Source: Fistulifera solaris
Taxonomy: Eukaryota
NCBI GenBank assembly: GCA_030295235.1
Contig: AP026124.1
Location: 620,001-684,000, forward strand
DNA length: 64,000 bases
Direction of reading: 5' to 3'
Positions 37,575-49,592 of the stretch are shown piece after piece. Position 1 is the stretch's first letter. Every line of letters starts with the position of its first letter. The notes beneath the pieces are model-generated. The model saw nothing but the letters and a program-made list of their open reading frames with translations. It did no database searches and had not been told where the DNA came from. The translations under genes were made by a program, and so were the position numbers.

Positions 37575-38246
37575 GATCTAACTGCAATCCCTTTCCTAAA
37601 GTCGAACGAGTTGTGATTGCTTTGTTATGAAGCTTACAGTCAACAACGGATTGTTGGTTGCTTCAACTTCGACAAAAAGATTGCTGCCAAGTGTTTGAGT
37701 TGCGATTTTGAACGCGAGAAAAAAGAGGAGGGGCGAGGAGCTCATTGTTCTGCCGCCGTCCGTCAAGACCTGGGTGTCGTTTCCGCGTGTCCAAGAAAAT
37801 CGGGACTGGAAATCCGACAACGGCACTTCGTGAATTACCAGTAATACTGGTAAGCACAAAACAAAAAAATTAGTGTGTGCTTTCCAAAGTTCAAGGCCAT
37901 TTCGTCGGAAAGTGTACTGTGTACAGCCGCCCCTTTCCAACGAGGAGGTGTGTCGTCGTTTACTCGATGTGATCCAGCAGTCACACCTCGCACACCCGTT
38001 GCACCGCTCACGAGCACAAAAAGAAAGTAAGTTGTTGCCGCCTCTTGATGAGTCACTAAGAAACAATTCAAAACTTTCCATTTATCTACAAAGCCTGGAA
38101 AAGTCTTTACTTACGACAGCAATCAACGCAAGCGCATTCCCTTTGATTTGTATCGTCGATTTGCCGGTACAGTTAAGGTTGTTAAGTGGGTCTTCCAAAA
38201 CTCCATTGATTATCACGTCAACCGAGACGACTAAATAAGGACAAAT

Positions 38247-38700
38247 ATGGCGTCTGCAGAGGAAATTATTGACTGGGACGAGGCCATGCAGCAATGTGGC
38301 GAAGACGAGGAATTTTTGCACGAACTGCTGAATGATTTTCGTGGCGAACTCGAGACTCAACTAGCCAGTATTGCGGAAACAATTCAGGTGCGTAGCCAGC
38401 CGCGGTGTTACATCGACCGACACCCCTTCTCACAATTGCATACCTTATCAGAATCCCGGGGAAGCCCCTTATCATCTTATCATGCGCGCGGCTCACGTTG
38501 TCAAAGGAGCTGCGGCTAATTTAATGTGCGGCCAGCTACGAACAGCAGCGATGAATCTAGAACAAACCTCAAAGCAAGTTCACGAAGCAGGAGGGACCTC
38601 AGCACCTCAAGACATTCAAGCTCAGGTGCAACTTCGATATTCAGAGCTACAGGTAGCTGTTCAGAACTACATGGAGCTCCTAAAAACTCTAAACATTTAA
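38247..38700 (+). CDS. Stand-alone histidine phosphotransfer (Hpt) protein
   Basis: AAHVVKGAAANL (HxxKG phospho-His motif) and D...DEEFLHELLNDF. Intron 38388-38451, phase 0. Confidence 0.9.
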
Positions 38701-38946
38701 ACAGAGTAGAAATGTTTGAATTTGTGTTTAATATACTACTCCGTATGCTTGTAGAACGGAGACTCTGTTCAATTTTATTTAGCGTGTGAATCAAGCCAGG
38801 ATCGTAAAGCAGTAAGTAAAGAGAAAGGACAGACAGCATGAAGGAAAAAATGATTTTATGGTTGACGTTAGGTGGGGTTACAGTTACTAAACTTCCCCAT
38901 ATAACCTTTTGGATATCTCCATAATTTTCACAACAATAAATCTCGT

Positions 38947-40052
38947 TTAATCAGAAGACAAGAAGTATGCAACTAGATCTCGAGCGCTAACAACGCCGAT
39001 CAGCCTGTCCTGTTGATCGACGACGTACAATCGATTAAATCGTACCTGAGCAAAGGTTTCAAAGATTGCCTGAAGTGTGTAAGACTGGCTGCATGTCCGT
39101 AACGCATCGGGTGTTGTCACGTCTTGTCGACTTTGTGACAGAATCTCCGACAAAGGCAGTTCGAGATTCTTGACAGCATGCTCAGCGTCTGTCGCCTTTG
39201 TTAAAAAAAGTAATATCGGATCTGCTGTAAACGCCTATGATCTTGCTTGTGTTTGGGTCCACCACAGGCAAAGCCGATAAATTGTTTTGATGCATTAGTG
39301 CTAAAGCATCAGACAGACTTTGATTGGGATGTGCCACAATTAATGCACTTCCGTAGGTTCCTATACTCAGCTCCGAAATGGAATCATCAAACAGCCTTCT
39401 TTGTTCCCTGAAGTGCAATACCAAGTGCTCTAAAACATTTGTGTATGTAATGCACGCCAGGACACGCATGTCCTCAGTAAATACAATCGGCAGGAAATCG
39501 TGCGAGTTCCTGTGAAGCTGTTCGCAGGCTTGTTTTAAAGTACAAGCCGAATCCGCCCTAACGAACGGCCGGATGCAGAAAGGATGATGGCCGCTTTTTC
39601 GGCTATCTTCGGCAGCTTCTCGCAAAATCTCGGCAATACCGCGAGTTGCAAGGGCAGAAATATCTTTACCTGTAGCCTTGTAATATCTGGAGTATATCAA
39701 TAAAGTCGGTCACAGTCAACATCCCTACAAATTGACACTTGACAGGGTCCCAAAGGGGAGCAGCCAACATATCTGCGCGCAACAATCTATCGTTAGATAG
39801 ATTATTTAATCAGAAAGATGATCTGTAAAAAGACTTACCATGCTCAACAAGTGCATAGAAAGCAAGCTGGATAGGAATGCGTGTGTCGAATACAACAACT
39901 TTACCGCTCGCTCTCAACACAGAAAAACAAGCGTGTTGTTCTAGGAACTGCAGAATCGCCTGCCGACCCGCTTGGCGCACTACTTGCCGTTCATTCTGCA
40001 TCACGGTTGTCGAAGACACCCCTTGATTAATTGCAAGAGTCTCGGATTCCAT
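38947..40052 (-). CDS. SNF4: AMPK/SNF1 gamma subunit (CBS domains)
   Basis: SGKVVVFDTRIPIQLAFYALVEH|DMLAAPLWD, LTVTDFIDIL, SALPVVD, YSRSDI and RLYVVD. Intron 39773-39838. Frameshifts ~39690 and ~39205. Confidence 0.93.
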
Positions 40053-40590
40053 TGTAATTCTAAATTATGGCTTCACAAAGCGCAGATTCAAGTCAATAGA
40101 GCGTTATGACCGATAAACAAAGTATGGGCGATAGAAAGGATACTCGGTAGCGAAAGAAATCAGAGATTCTAGCTTCTTATCGGCCGGTTGCAGCAAGCCA
40201 AGGGTTACTCAGTGCTGCGTTAGAATCTTGTGGCCTGCCGCTACAACACAACAAGCAGAATGGCACTTGACAACCATCGCAGAATGCTTCAAGTGCCACA
40301 ACGGTGACAGCAAAAATATTGCGTTGTGCAGGTGGTACAGAATGGCAGACGACTAACCTTACTGGGTTGGGATAGTTGAGGGATAGTAATCGATGAATCC
40401 GGTCGCTGATTGTCGGGACTAAAAGATAGCTGATAAAAGGAGTCAATTGGCGTAACTCCATTAGTTAACAACTAAGGCAGTGGAACGATCATTAATACCT
40501 AAAGAGTAGATAATCAAGTAGTTGTGTATATGTTTGAAAAAACCAGTACTTAGTGTGATTATGAATCATCATCAGTAATAAGATATGTTT

Positions 40591-41175
40591 TTATGCAGCA
40601 GTTGCTGATTTCTTGTGAGCAGTCATTGTTGCTTTGGTTTCTCCCACAATCATCTTGTCAATCTTGACATTGGTAACGCTAGTCTTCTTCTTCAAGCCGT
40701 CAGTAAACGCATGAGCACAGAAATCGCTGAATTCGTTACCGTTCACATCTACGGATGTGACAGTGGATGCCTTAGCCAAGGCATCTACCATCTTCATGGC
40801 ATCCTCGTCGACTAGCCCGCATTGAACAAGCTCGATGCTTTCAAGTGCCGAAGCATAGGAAACGGAACTAATAACTGATTTGGCCCCGAAACACATTCCT
40901 TTGACTTGCAGGTGCTTGAATTGGGAAGCCGTCACAAGAATTGTAGATATAATAAGGCCCAGATCGACTTCGGCATCCGTGGCAACGACGTTTCGAAATG
41001 TCACAGACTCGAGAGGCTTGCCCCGGAAGTGCTTGGCAAGCGCAATCATATCTTCTTCATCGCCATCAATCGTCACATTGTCCATGACAAACTTGCTAAA
41101 CTTGCCTGCCGCCTCAAGCTTGGCCCTAATCTGTGCGAAAGTTGTGTGAGTGCTGGATATTTCGAGTGTTGTCAT
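40591..41175 (-). CDS. Small RNI-like leucine-rich-repeat protein
   Basis: LESIELVQCGLVDEDAMKMVDAL and VTSVDVNGNEFSDFCAHAFTDGL repeats in an intact ORF. Confidence 0.75.
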   Translation of the reverse strand: MTTLEISSTHTTFAQIRAKLEAAGKFSKFVMDNVTIDGDEEDMIALAKHFRGKPLESVTFRNVVATDAEVDLGLIISTILVTASQFKHLQVKGMCFGAKSVISSVSYASALESIELVQCGLVDEDAMKMVDALAKASTVTSVDVNGNEFSDFCAHAFTDGLKKKTSVTNVKIDKMIVGETKATMTAHKKSATAA

Positions 41176-42145
41176 GATCACAAACTGGAGAAAAGGTAGT
41201 CTGTATTTTTTGTTTCGCTCTCCAGAGTCAGAAAATCGTGTTTATGAGAAAAGGAAAAAGATGAGGAGCGAAACACTGGCCAAAGAGCATCCTTCCGCAT
41301 GGCTCAGATGCGAATCTTCAAAGTCGGTTCAAGAAATAAGTGGTTGGTTCGCATTCGACATGTACTCTTGTCGACTACCAAGACACATCAAGGTTCTCAT
41401 TCTGTCCAGAAAACCATTAATTTATGTAGTCTGTAGTGTGACTCCTCCTCGATGCTCGATGCTCGAGCCTTGCCTCGTCTCTCGTCTCCCTGAAAAGAGA
41501 GGTTCCTTGGCAACCACTATACATGCAAGTCACAAGTCACAATAGGGCAAACCTTGTTGTTCTTTGCCCTTCGGGTTTTTATTTGGGACTTGCGAGCTTG
41601 CGAGGTGAAAATAATGCGCCAGAAACGACGATAGATTCGAGTCACGTTTTTCCCAGTACTTGTACACAGATGGGAGATACGACATGCTATCGATAGAAAA
41701 CACCAAACACTATCATTAGGGAATCACATTAATCACTACAAAGTACTATATGCCCAAAGTGTTGGCAACCTTTTTCCACGACTCACATTCAGTCATGAAC
41801 CGAGATAGTTACAAGTCAGACTGCTACTATAATGCCGTTCGTTCTGCGGGCTCAGTTGACTACCAGGTAATTTCTTACACACTTCGATCTGCGCTTTGAT
41901 TCTTGTTGACGAGTAAACTTGAAAATTCTCTCGGATCGTTGTCTTCCGCGGCTTTGATAAACCGCACCACGACTGACTTTTAGTCAAGAGCAAAGCCTAA
42001 GAGCCTATTTTTTTCAACTCTTCACGCATCGCAAATGCTTTGTTCATTCCGGACATGAAAAAAAAACAAACGACGATGATGATTTGTTTATTATTTGAAC
42101 ACGAAAGTAAATACCTCTCCGTAATCTTCTGTCAGCATTATTCAA

Positions 42146-42550
42146 ATGCCACTAAATAAGCGGGAAAGATACCGAAATTTATCTTGTTACATGGATCGGC
42201 GAGCATGTCGTTCAAGTCGCTCTCAGTCGCCCCCATAAGTTGAACGCCGTCAATCGGGGCATGTGGAAAGAAATTGGAGAAGTTTTTATCGTCGCTTGGA
42301 ACGATGGGGGATGGATGCCGGTGCGTTCTCTTAATTGGAAATGGGGAATCGTTTTTGTGACCGATACGTCCTTGATGCCATCGAACAGAAGGGAGATGCG
42401 GCTCACATAGGAATCGCGTTTGCACCTCTCATTCGCGACTTGCAAGCCTGCTTCACGTCACTTGAAAAGTGCCCGGTACCAGTCGTAGCAGCTATTCATG
42501 GAAATTGCATCGGGGCGGGTGAGGGCCTTATTTGTGCAGCGGATGTAATG
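42146..42550 (+). pseudogene. Degraded fragment of an enoyl-CoA hydratase/isomerase (ECH1-like) gene
   Basis: HVVQVALSRPHKLNAVNRGMWKEIGEVF, CRCVLLIGNGESF and CPVPVVAAIHGNCIGAG...ICAADV occur in shifting frames. The oxyanion 'AGxD' segment is missing and homology stops after AADV. Confidence 0.75.
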
Positions 42551-42988
42551 ATGTTTGGGATGTTGTCTTTAGGATGGTGCACAGATGACACCATCGGTAT
42601 ACCGGTCTTTAAGTAAAACTTATGCGCATCGGTACCCAGTATTTAAGTAAAATTAATCGTTGTATAGTACCGTTTCCATCGTAACATAGTCACACCCGTA
42701 GACACGACGTACCAAATCACTATACATCATAGTCACACCCGTTTTAACTACACTCTACACTCCCACGTGAAAATATCACCCCCCCCCCCCCCCAGATTTT
42801 CTTTATATATACTCCGTATGTGAAAATACCACATGTTTAGATTTGTTTCACGATGGCTTGTCGATTGTCGATTGAATACCTGGTACCTGGTACAACTCAA
42901 CAACGACAACGCAAAGAATAACGAAATTCGAAAAGTAAAGCATGCACTTCAACACATAGAAACTACTCTCATTTCTTTAAGATACTCA

Positions 42989-43938
42989 ATGGAAGGGGGA
43001 CTTGATCACAGCAGCACATCGACAGAAGGTAGAACGGCACACACAGCGACGTTCATGGATGTAGAATGCCTCGACCAAACTTTGTTGCGTTTGATTGAAG
43101 GTGCGCTCTTGCCTCTCTTTCGTGATGCAACGTCATCAACGAAGGCTTATGCGAAGCTCCTTGCGCTTCCGCTTATAAAATTTGCTACTGTTGTCGCCAC
43201 AAGAGGACAAACGCCCGCAACTCAAATTCTAAAACTAGAACTTTCTCCTAGAGCGTCGAACGCCCGTTCCTTTTCTTCGCGCTTAATATTCTTCGCTCTA
43301 CTCAGCTCTTTGATACCAACATTAACTGATCATCTTTTGGAATGGCTAAAAGCAAAAATACAGTCCAGACTGGAAGAACACCCGATAGAGGAATCGGATA
43401 TGTCAAAAGAGCGCGCGAAAGACAGCGACTCGTGTTCATTCTCATTCAAAAGACCATGTCTCGGATATTTCCGCTGGCGCGACTATGTTGCTTGTTAGCC
43501 TGCTGGTCGGGTATAAGCCGAACTCCCATTTTAGCTATGCTCGTTTCCGGTCTCGGCTTTCAGCCCAAAGGTCCGGAAAAACCACGTTTACACGTAGACT
43601 ATGCACACCGACGGTGGCTTCAACAGGAAGCCACATCAACAGCAAAACTTTTTCTGGCCGGCCTATGGATGTTATCGAGTTGGAAACCCGTCATCGATGC
43701 TTTTTTATGGAAACCTCTGGCTATTCTAGTTCCATTAACCCGCGTACCGCAAACCGCAACACCTACGAAGTGCCCTATCTGCAAGAGTGAAATGAATGTC
43801 CCGGTACTACTATCTTGTCGGCATAAAGCCTGTTACACTTGTTTCTATGCAGACCTGGACAGTTCTAAAAGGGCGAGCTGTCGAATTTGTCGAAACCACA
43901 CTCAAGAATCTCAGGCGGTGCTAATTGCATCCTCGTAA
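42989..43938 (+). CDS. PEX2: Peroxin-2-like RING E3 ligase
   Basis: MDVECLDQTL, GQTPATQILKL and VDYAHRRWLQQE, with C-terminal RING CPIC...CRHKACYTC...CRIC. Frameshift ~43407. Confidence 0.8.
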
Positions 43939-43976
43939 ACGTTGATTGAAATTTCTCTACACTGCAGAGTCCGCCA

Positions 43977-45187
43977 TTATTCGCAGAAAGTGGTAGGCAG
44001 TGTGAATGGATCACGCAGCCATCCCAAATTCGTGGTTTTATCGCAATGCCCCACCATGGCCTGACGCAACAGCTTTAGAAGCGCTGTTGTAATCGGTCCT
44101 CCTGGTAGTGTTTGACCGTAAGGAAACACGACTTCAAAACCTTCTTCGCCGTCACCGGTAGCTAATCTTGCAATTGGGACGAGTTCCGCTGCCGTTCCGG
44201 TGCAAAACGCTTCTGTGGCATTCTTGAACTCTCCTAGGGAGACATCACGGCTACTTGCTGTAACATAACGTTGCCCAGTGCTTTCTTCCATTGCGCAAGA
44301 GAGCTCTTGTGCATGGAGGGTAATGAGATGTAAAACAGTTTCACGAGTGACCCCAGGCAGAATCGTACCCCGATCCAAGGAAGGAGTGACGATCTCCCCA
44401 GTCTTCAAAACTAAAAATACGTTAGCTGCAGATAATTCTTGGATCTTGGCTTGTTCTAGCTCCCCACCTTTGTACGTCTCCATTTCAAGGAAAAGGTTGT
44501 CCATGAAACCTTGTTTTTTACAATCCACAAGTGGCTTTATCGTAATGGCATAATTGGAACTGCATTTGACCGCACCTAGTCCACCACGAGCCGCACGAGC
44601 TCTTCGTGTCTCTACGTGCAATTTCAAACCAGCGCTAGTTCCTTTGAAGTAATTACCAGTAGGGCTTACATACACCAAAAGGTGATTTCAGGAGAAGGAT
44701 ACAAGCCCAATTGTTGACCCGTCCCCAGCAACATCGGACGGACATAAAGTTTCATTCCTTCTCCCATCGGAGGTATCAATGTTTTGTTTGCCTGAACAGC
44801 AAGTTGAATTGCTCGCATGAACATCGCTTTATCAGGCATCGGTAAACACATTTCCTCGGCGCCCTTCCTCATCCTTTCATAATTTCGATCTGCACGAAAT
44901 ACCACAGCCTGATCGTCTGACCGGCGGTAACACTTGAGACCTTCCCACACCGTTGTACCATAATTGAGGGACGTTGTCGCTGGATGGAGGTCCAGAGGGT
45001 GTTTTTCGTAAGAATAAATAGATGTCAGTAACGACCCGGAGTCTGTTTCGAGGTCATAATGCTCCGTAGTCCAGACATTCGTCGTCTTGATGAGAATGTA
45101 GTAATTATTGGAAGGAAGATTCAAATCCCAAGGAAGTGAGCTAAAGTCCACTTGCTCCAGAGGAGATGGAACCGAAGATGTTGACAT
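43977..45187 (-). CDS. BCAT: Branched-chain amino acid aminotransferase (PLP class IV)
   Basis: LNYGTTVWEGLKCY, LYVRP, GAVKCSSNY, ELSAANVF, ILPGVTR and EAFCTGTAA. Frameshift at a T-run ~44678. Confidence 0.95.
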
Positions 45188-45555
45188 GGTCGTGCTTTTG
45201 AAGAATGTGAGAAAGCTTTGGAAGAACAAAAAATGTGATGTTTGTTCGCGTTCCGTGTCTCGCGAAAAAGTGGTTGACATCTCCCCTTCTGTGACTTAAT
45301 CTGCTACTCCGCCCGCCCGTGTGCAATCCTTTCCCGTTGAATGAATGATGGATGTGTACCGGTTGCGTGTCGCATAGGACATCTATTGAAAACGTGAGTA
45401 CTACGTTATGTGTAGCCGTAATGAGTCACACACGACAGCGACTGTTGATGCGCGATCTTTTCACTTTAACATTGCATCTCTATTATTTCATGACAAGGCG
45501 CACCATTTTAACGTGAAGTTCATTTAGTTACAACTCCGTACGACTCATATTCACC

Positions 45556-46518
45556 ATGTTTATGTCTACTGTGAACGCTGTTTTCACTCTTCTCTCTTAT
45601 GCTTCCATGGGTATGGCTTTTACGCCAAAGCCGATGCTGCAACAGACTCACGTCAGTACAACATCTCTCCAGATCGGGGGCATGTTTCAAAGTTTCTTTG
45701 GAAAAACAGATGCCGAAATTACGGACACTGTATTTTTTGATGTCAGTATTGGTGACCAGCCGGCGGGTCGCATCGAAATGGGACTTTACGGCAACGTAGT
45801 GCCCAAAACGACAGAAAACTTCAAGCAACTTTGCACCGGCAAGCCAGGATTCGGCTACGAAGGCTCAATCTTTCATCGCATTATCCCAGGTACGGGACTA
45901 TTGAATACAGTATCGTTGGATGAAAAAATGTAGTAACTCACACAATTTTTTGTTGCTTTCAGGTTTCATGTGCCAGTAAGAAACATTATTTTTGGTTAAT
46001 GTTGTTCGATCCGCCTCAACTCACACACCTTTTTGTTGTATCATATTTTCATCACGTAAATACTAATACTCTTAGAGGGTGAGTCAATTTTGCATCCAGG
46101 TATTCTTTAAAAGGTGTCTGACGAAAACGTCCCTGCAGAGGCGACTTCACGAACTTTAACGGAACTGGTGGTAAATCGATTTACGGAAAAACATTCGCCG
46201 ACGAGAACTTTGACATTGCTCACGGAGGTCCCGGTACTTTAAGTATGGCTAATGCTGGGCCCAACACGAATGGAAGTCAATTCTTTATCACGACAGGTAA
46301 GTGGCATAACGAACAAGGTTTTCTCGTCGACGACTCAGGACTAAGATGGAATGACTGCTTTTCTCCATCCAGGCGCTACACCGTGGTTGAACGGCAAACA
46401 TACGGTTTTTGGAAAAGTCACAAAAGGCATGGAGATTGTTCGAAAAATTGAGGCGAAAGGCTCTGAACTCGGAAGACCGTCGGCTGAAGTCAAGATTACA
46501 AAAAGCGGTGCTCTGTAA
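45556..46518 (+). CDS. Cyclophilin-type PPIase, plastid-targeted; 5 exons including 13-nt and 3-nt microexons
   Basis: Exons 45556-45889, 45963-45975, 46076-46078, 46139-46296 and 46373-46518 give FHRIIPGFMCQGGDFT...[18 protein letters not shown]...[12 protein letters not shown]. Signal peptide followed by MA-FTP. Confidence 0.93.
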
Positions 46519-46713
46519 ACGCTGCGCGTCAAACGAATACTTTCAATTACAGTATAGAAGATTGAGTTAGTAACAGTGTTCTTCTGTAGAGTTTTTAATA
46601 GCTATTTCGTCTTCAACGTGGGTTGTGTATGCAAAGGTATTTTGCAAGAAGTGGCCCTTTGATTCTCCATGTCGTGAAACTATCTCAGATTTCGACCACA
46701 TCAACTCGACTTT

Positions 46714-47407
46714 TCAACTCGATGCATGCAAAAGCCTTCTCGACAGCCTTGTCGCCTGAATGAAATGAAGCATGTTTGCCTCCGATGACGATAGAGGTAT
46801 GAATTGACCGTTCATTTGTCCTCCATACATTTCTTTTTCTTTCTTACTCTTTTTCTTCCTCTTTTTCTCTCTCTTTTCCTGGTCTGAATAAGATTGGGCG
46901 GAGATTTCCTCTTTACTCATGTCTCCGGTCCGAACTGATTCTCCTGTACTCGAGCTGGCAACACTCTCACTACGTCTCCATTTGGCTAGCTTTTGCGTAG
47001 GCGCGGCGCGCATTCCAAATCTTGCTCCACCAGTGGCCTCGAATAGCTCTTCATCGGTATACTCGCGTTTGCGTTTGCTCGATTTTTCTCTTTTTCTGTT
47101 TGCTCCCAAGCCTGGCTAACGTATCGCCGAGGCTATCTTTCCACCATTGCTCTCCGGCGGCACGCTTTTCTGTGGCAACTTTCTCAATACCAAGCCCCGC
47201 CTTCTCCTCTCTTTTCTTCACTTTTACATGAGTTGTAATTCCGTCCCGTTTCTTACCGAGACCGGTCCCTTCCGTCCACCCCATTTTCTCCAGTTGCTTC
47301 CTCGCGAAGGCTGACGTTGGCGCTGATAAATGTTCTTGCAAAGAACTTCCATGTTTCTTGCGAAGCTTTGATCCGGCCAAATCGACCATTACGTCTGCAG
47401 TTGCCAT
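46714..47407 (-). CDS. G-patch domain protein (PinX1/Pxr1-like)
   Basis: FARKQLEKMGWTEGTGLGKKRDGITTHVKVKKREEKAGLG, then YTDEELFEATGGARFG and a Lys-rich tail. Frameshift ~47090. True stop may be 46812. Confidence 0.85.
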
Positions 47408-47899
47408 TATATTCTATCTTTGAAGGTCAATAACACTGCGGGTGATTAAACAAAACGCGAAAGCAATGCTCAATGTTGTGTTACGTCGACGAAATAAAAA
47501 ACGGAGTTAACAAGAACTAAAAAAGAAACAATGGTGGTAAAAAAGCAACATCATGCGGACAGGTGGACAAACCGAAACTCCGACATCATACCACTGACTC
47601 GGCCCTCATTAAAAGTCGGTCATGGATGAATTTATGGTGAATTAATTATTGTAAACACCTATATACACCCGGTAGTGTTCGACAAGAATGACAAAATAAT
47701 CTGGAAGACAAAAATGATATTCTCTATCGTTACATACATTGTTTAGAAACGAGTGAAGGTACATTTGCGATCCGCCATTGTCTTCTGTCCGTTCTGAGAG
47801 ATTTATGCAAATAATGGCAAAAACGTAACACAAAGCATGCTCAAAGCTAGACTTCCATCAAACAGTTTCCGATTGAATGGACGAATGCATGTGATCTCT

Positions 47900-48855
47900 C
47901 TATCCTTCGTCGGTGTCTGACAGTGAAGCTTTTGGGTCGTTTAGGCTGCCTCTAAATAAAGTGTCCAAACCATTCGTTGAACTTTCACTCAATGAAACTT
48001 TGTTCCGCGATGAAAAACCGTCTAAACTTGGTATCTCCTGGACACCTTTGACCATAACCTGCTGCATTTGCATCATTTGTATGTGCTGCATCTGCATTAG
48101 TTGCATCTGCTGCCACATGATTGGGTTAGACTGCAAAGTCATCTGGGGACCCGGCATTAGCATTGTAGGACATCCAAAGCTTCCGATTGGACCTTGCATA
48201 TTCGCGAAGGGCTGCGGATGTGATGGTACATAACTTACTTTGGTTCCAGAGTTGTTTGACATTTGTGTACAAAGTTCTGGGTTGTCCCGCGAAAACAATT
48301 TATGGTAATACGAACCCGTTTCTGGACCACGCGAGACTCGACTGAAGCCCCAGCGATTCAGCTTCCTTGTAAAGGAGGCAAATCGACTCCCTCGAAAGTA
48401 CAATGGAAGGATTTCCGACTCGAAAACTTTCTTTTTATGAATCATGAATGCATTTCCGTGATCGCACCAAGAAATGATATGTGCATGAGACCCATCCGAC
48501 AATATATCCATGAGCTAGTGTTCGTTGCAAAGTATCAGCAAGGCAAGTATTTGTAAAAGGTGTAAGGTTTGCGATCCGGAAAACGTTAAATAACTGCGCA
48601 GTGGAAGTGTCGGAGGTCTTACGATCGGCTACGAGCTACGTCCGTCTCAAGAAGCGGCTCTCACAATGATTCTCGAGGAAGAAAGTGTACGAACGATGAC
48701 ACCGTAAGCGCCTCACTTACTTTCTGCGGAAATGTGCGCGTAGAGTCATCCGCGAAACCTTTCGTTTTGTTATATTGATCCATTGTCATTGCAAAGGCAG
48801 CATATTCATTCCCTCCTCTTCCGACAAACCCAACGGAACTTGTTTCGTCTACCAT
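47900..48855 (-). CDS. Heat-shock transcription factor family protein
   Basis: TFPQK|LMDIL...IISWCDHGNAFMI...FASFTRKLNRWGF...YYHKLF. Intron 48515-48720. Gln/Met-rich tail. Start codon uncertain (48855 or 48789). Confidence 0.9.
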
Positions 48856-49592
48856 ACTCTTCTGATTGTCTGGTGCGCTCTGTTCCCGTGAATGAGAGCT
48901 ATAAAAAGATTAAAGTCGGTTCTATGGGTATTGCTTGATGCCCTCGATCCAGATTGTAACTTCATCATGATGGTCGAGGAATAGATACGTAGTACTCCGT
49001 ACCAGGTACCGTACCTGGTACCGGTACCTACCGGTACCGTTATCGTACTCCGTAATAGTGATACTCGATACTCCATCACACCGGTACCGGTACCACAGGT
49101 GTTTTAACTTGTATTGCTATGGTATGAAGTGTGCGGGAAGCCTTGAATCGATAATACTTCAGTCCCGGGAAATGTCGTTGAGCAGATGACTTTGCCATAA
49201 AGTTCGAAGACGTAAACAGGAAGTGAAGCTAATATTTTCATTGATATTGTCGATGTACATTATTGGGGTAACCGTGTGTGAACCAACAATATTGTTTCGG
49301 TCGCGGATGATGTCGATGAAAACTGTTTCAAGCAAACAACTCTGCCCTCAACGCTCAACAAATGGTGGTCTTAGTCGCTGAGGCCAAATCTAATGGGATC
49401 ATAGTCCGCTGTATAGCTGATATTTTCTTTCCAGTTCCGCCAATATTCCCTGTTCGACACTTGACAAGATTATCACTAAGAGTTCACCACCTAATCCGTA
49501 GTCTGTATCGTTTTAAAAGGTTAGTCTACATAGATTAGTGACCGATAAGGCCGGCACTGCCTTCAGGTTTCTCAGCCGTGTTGTTCTTGAGT

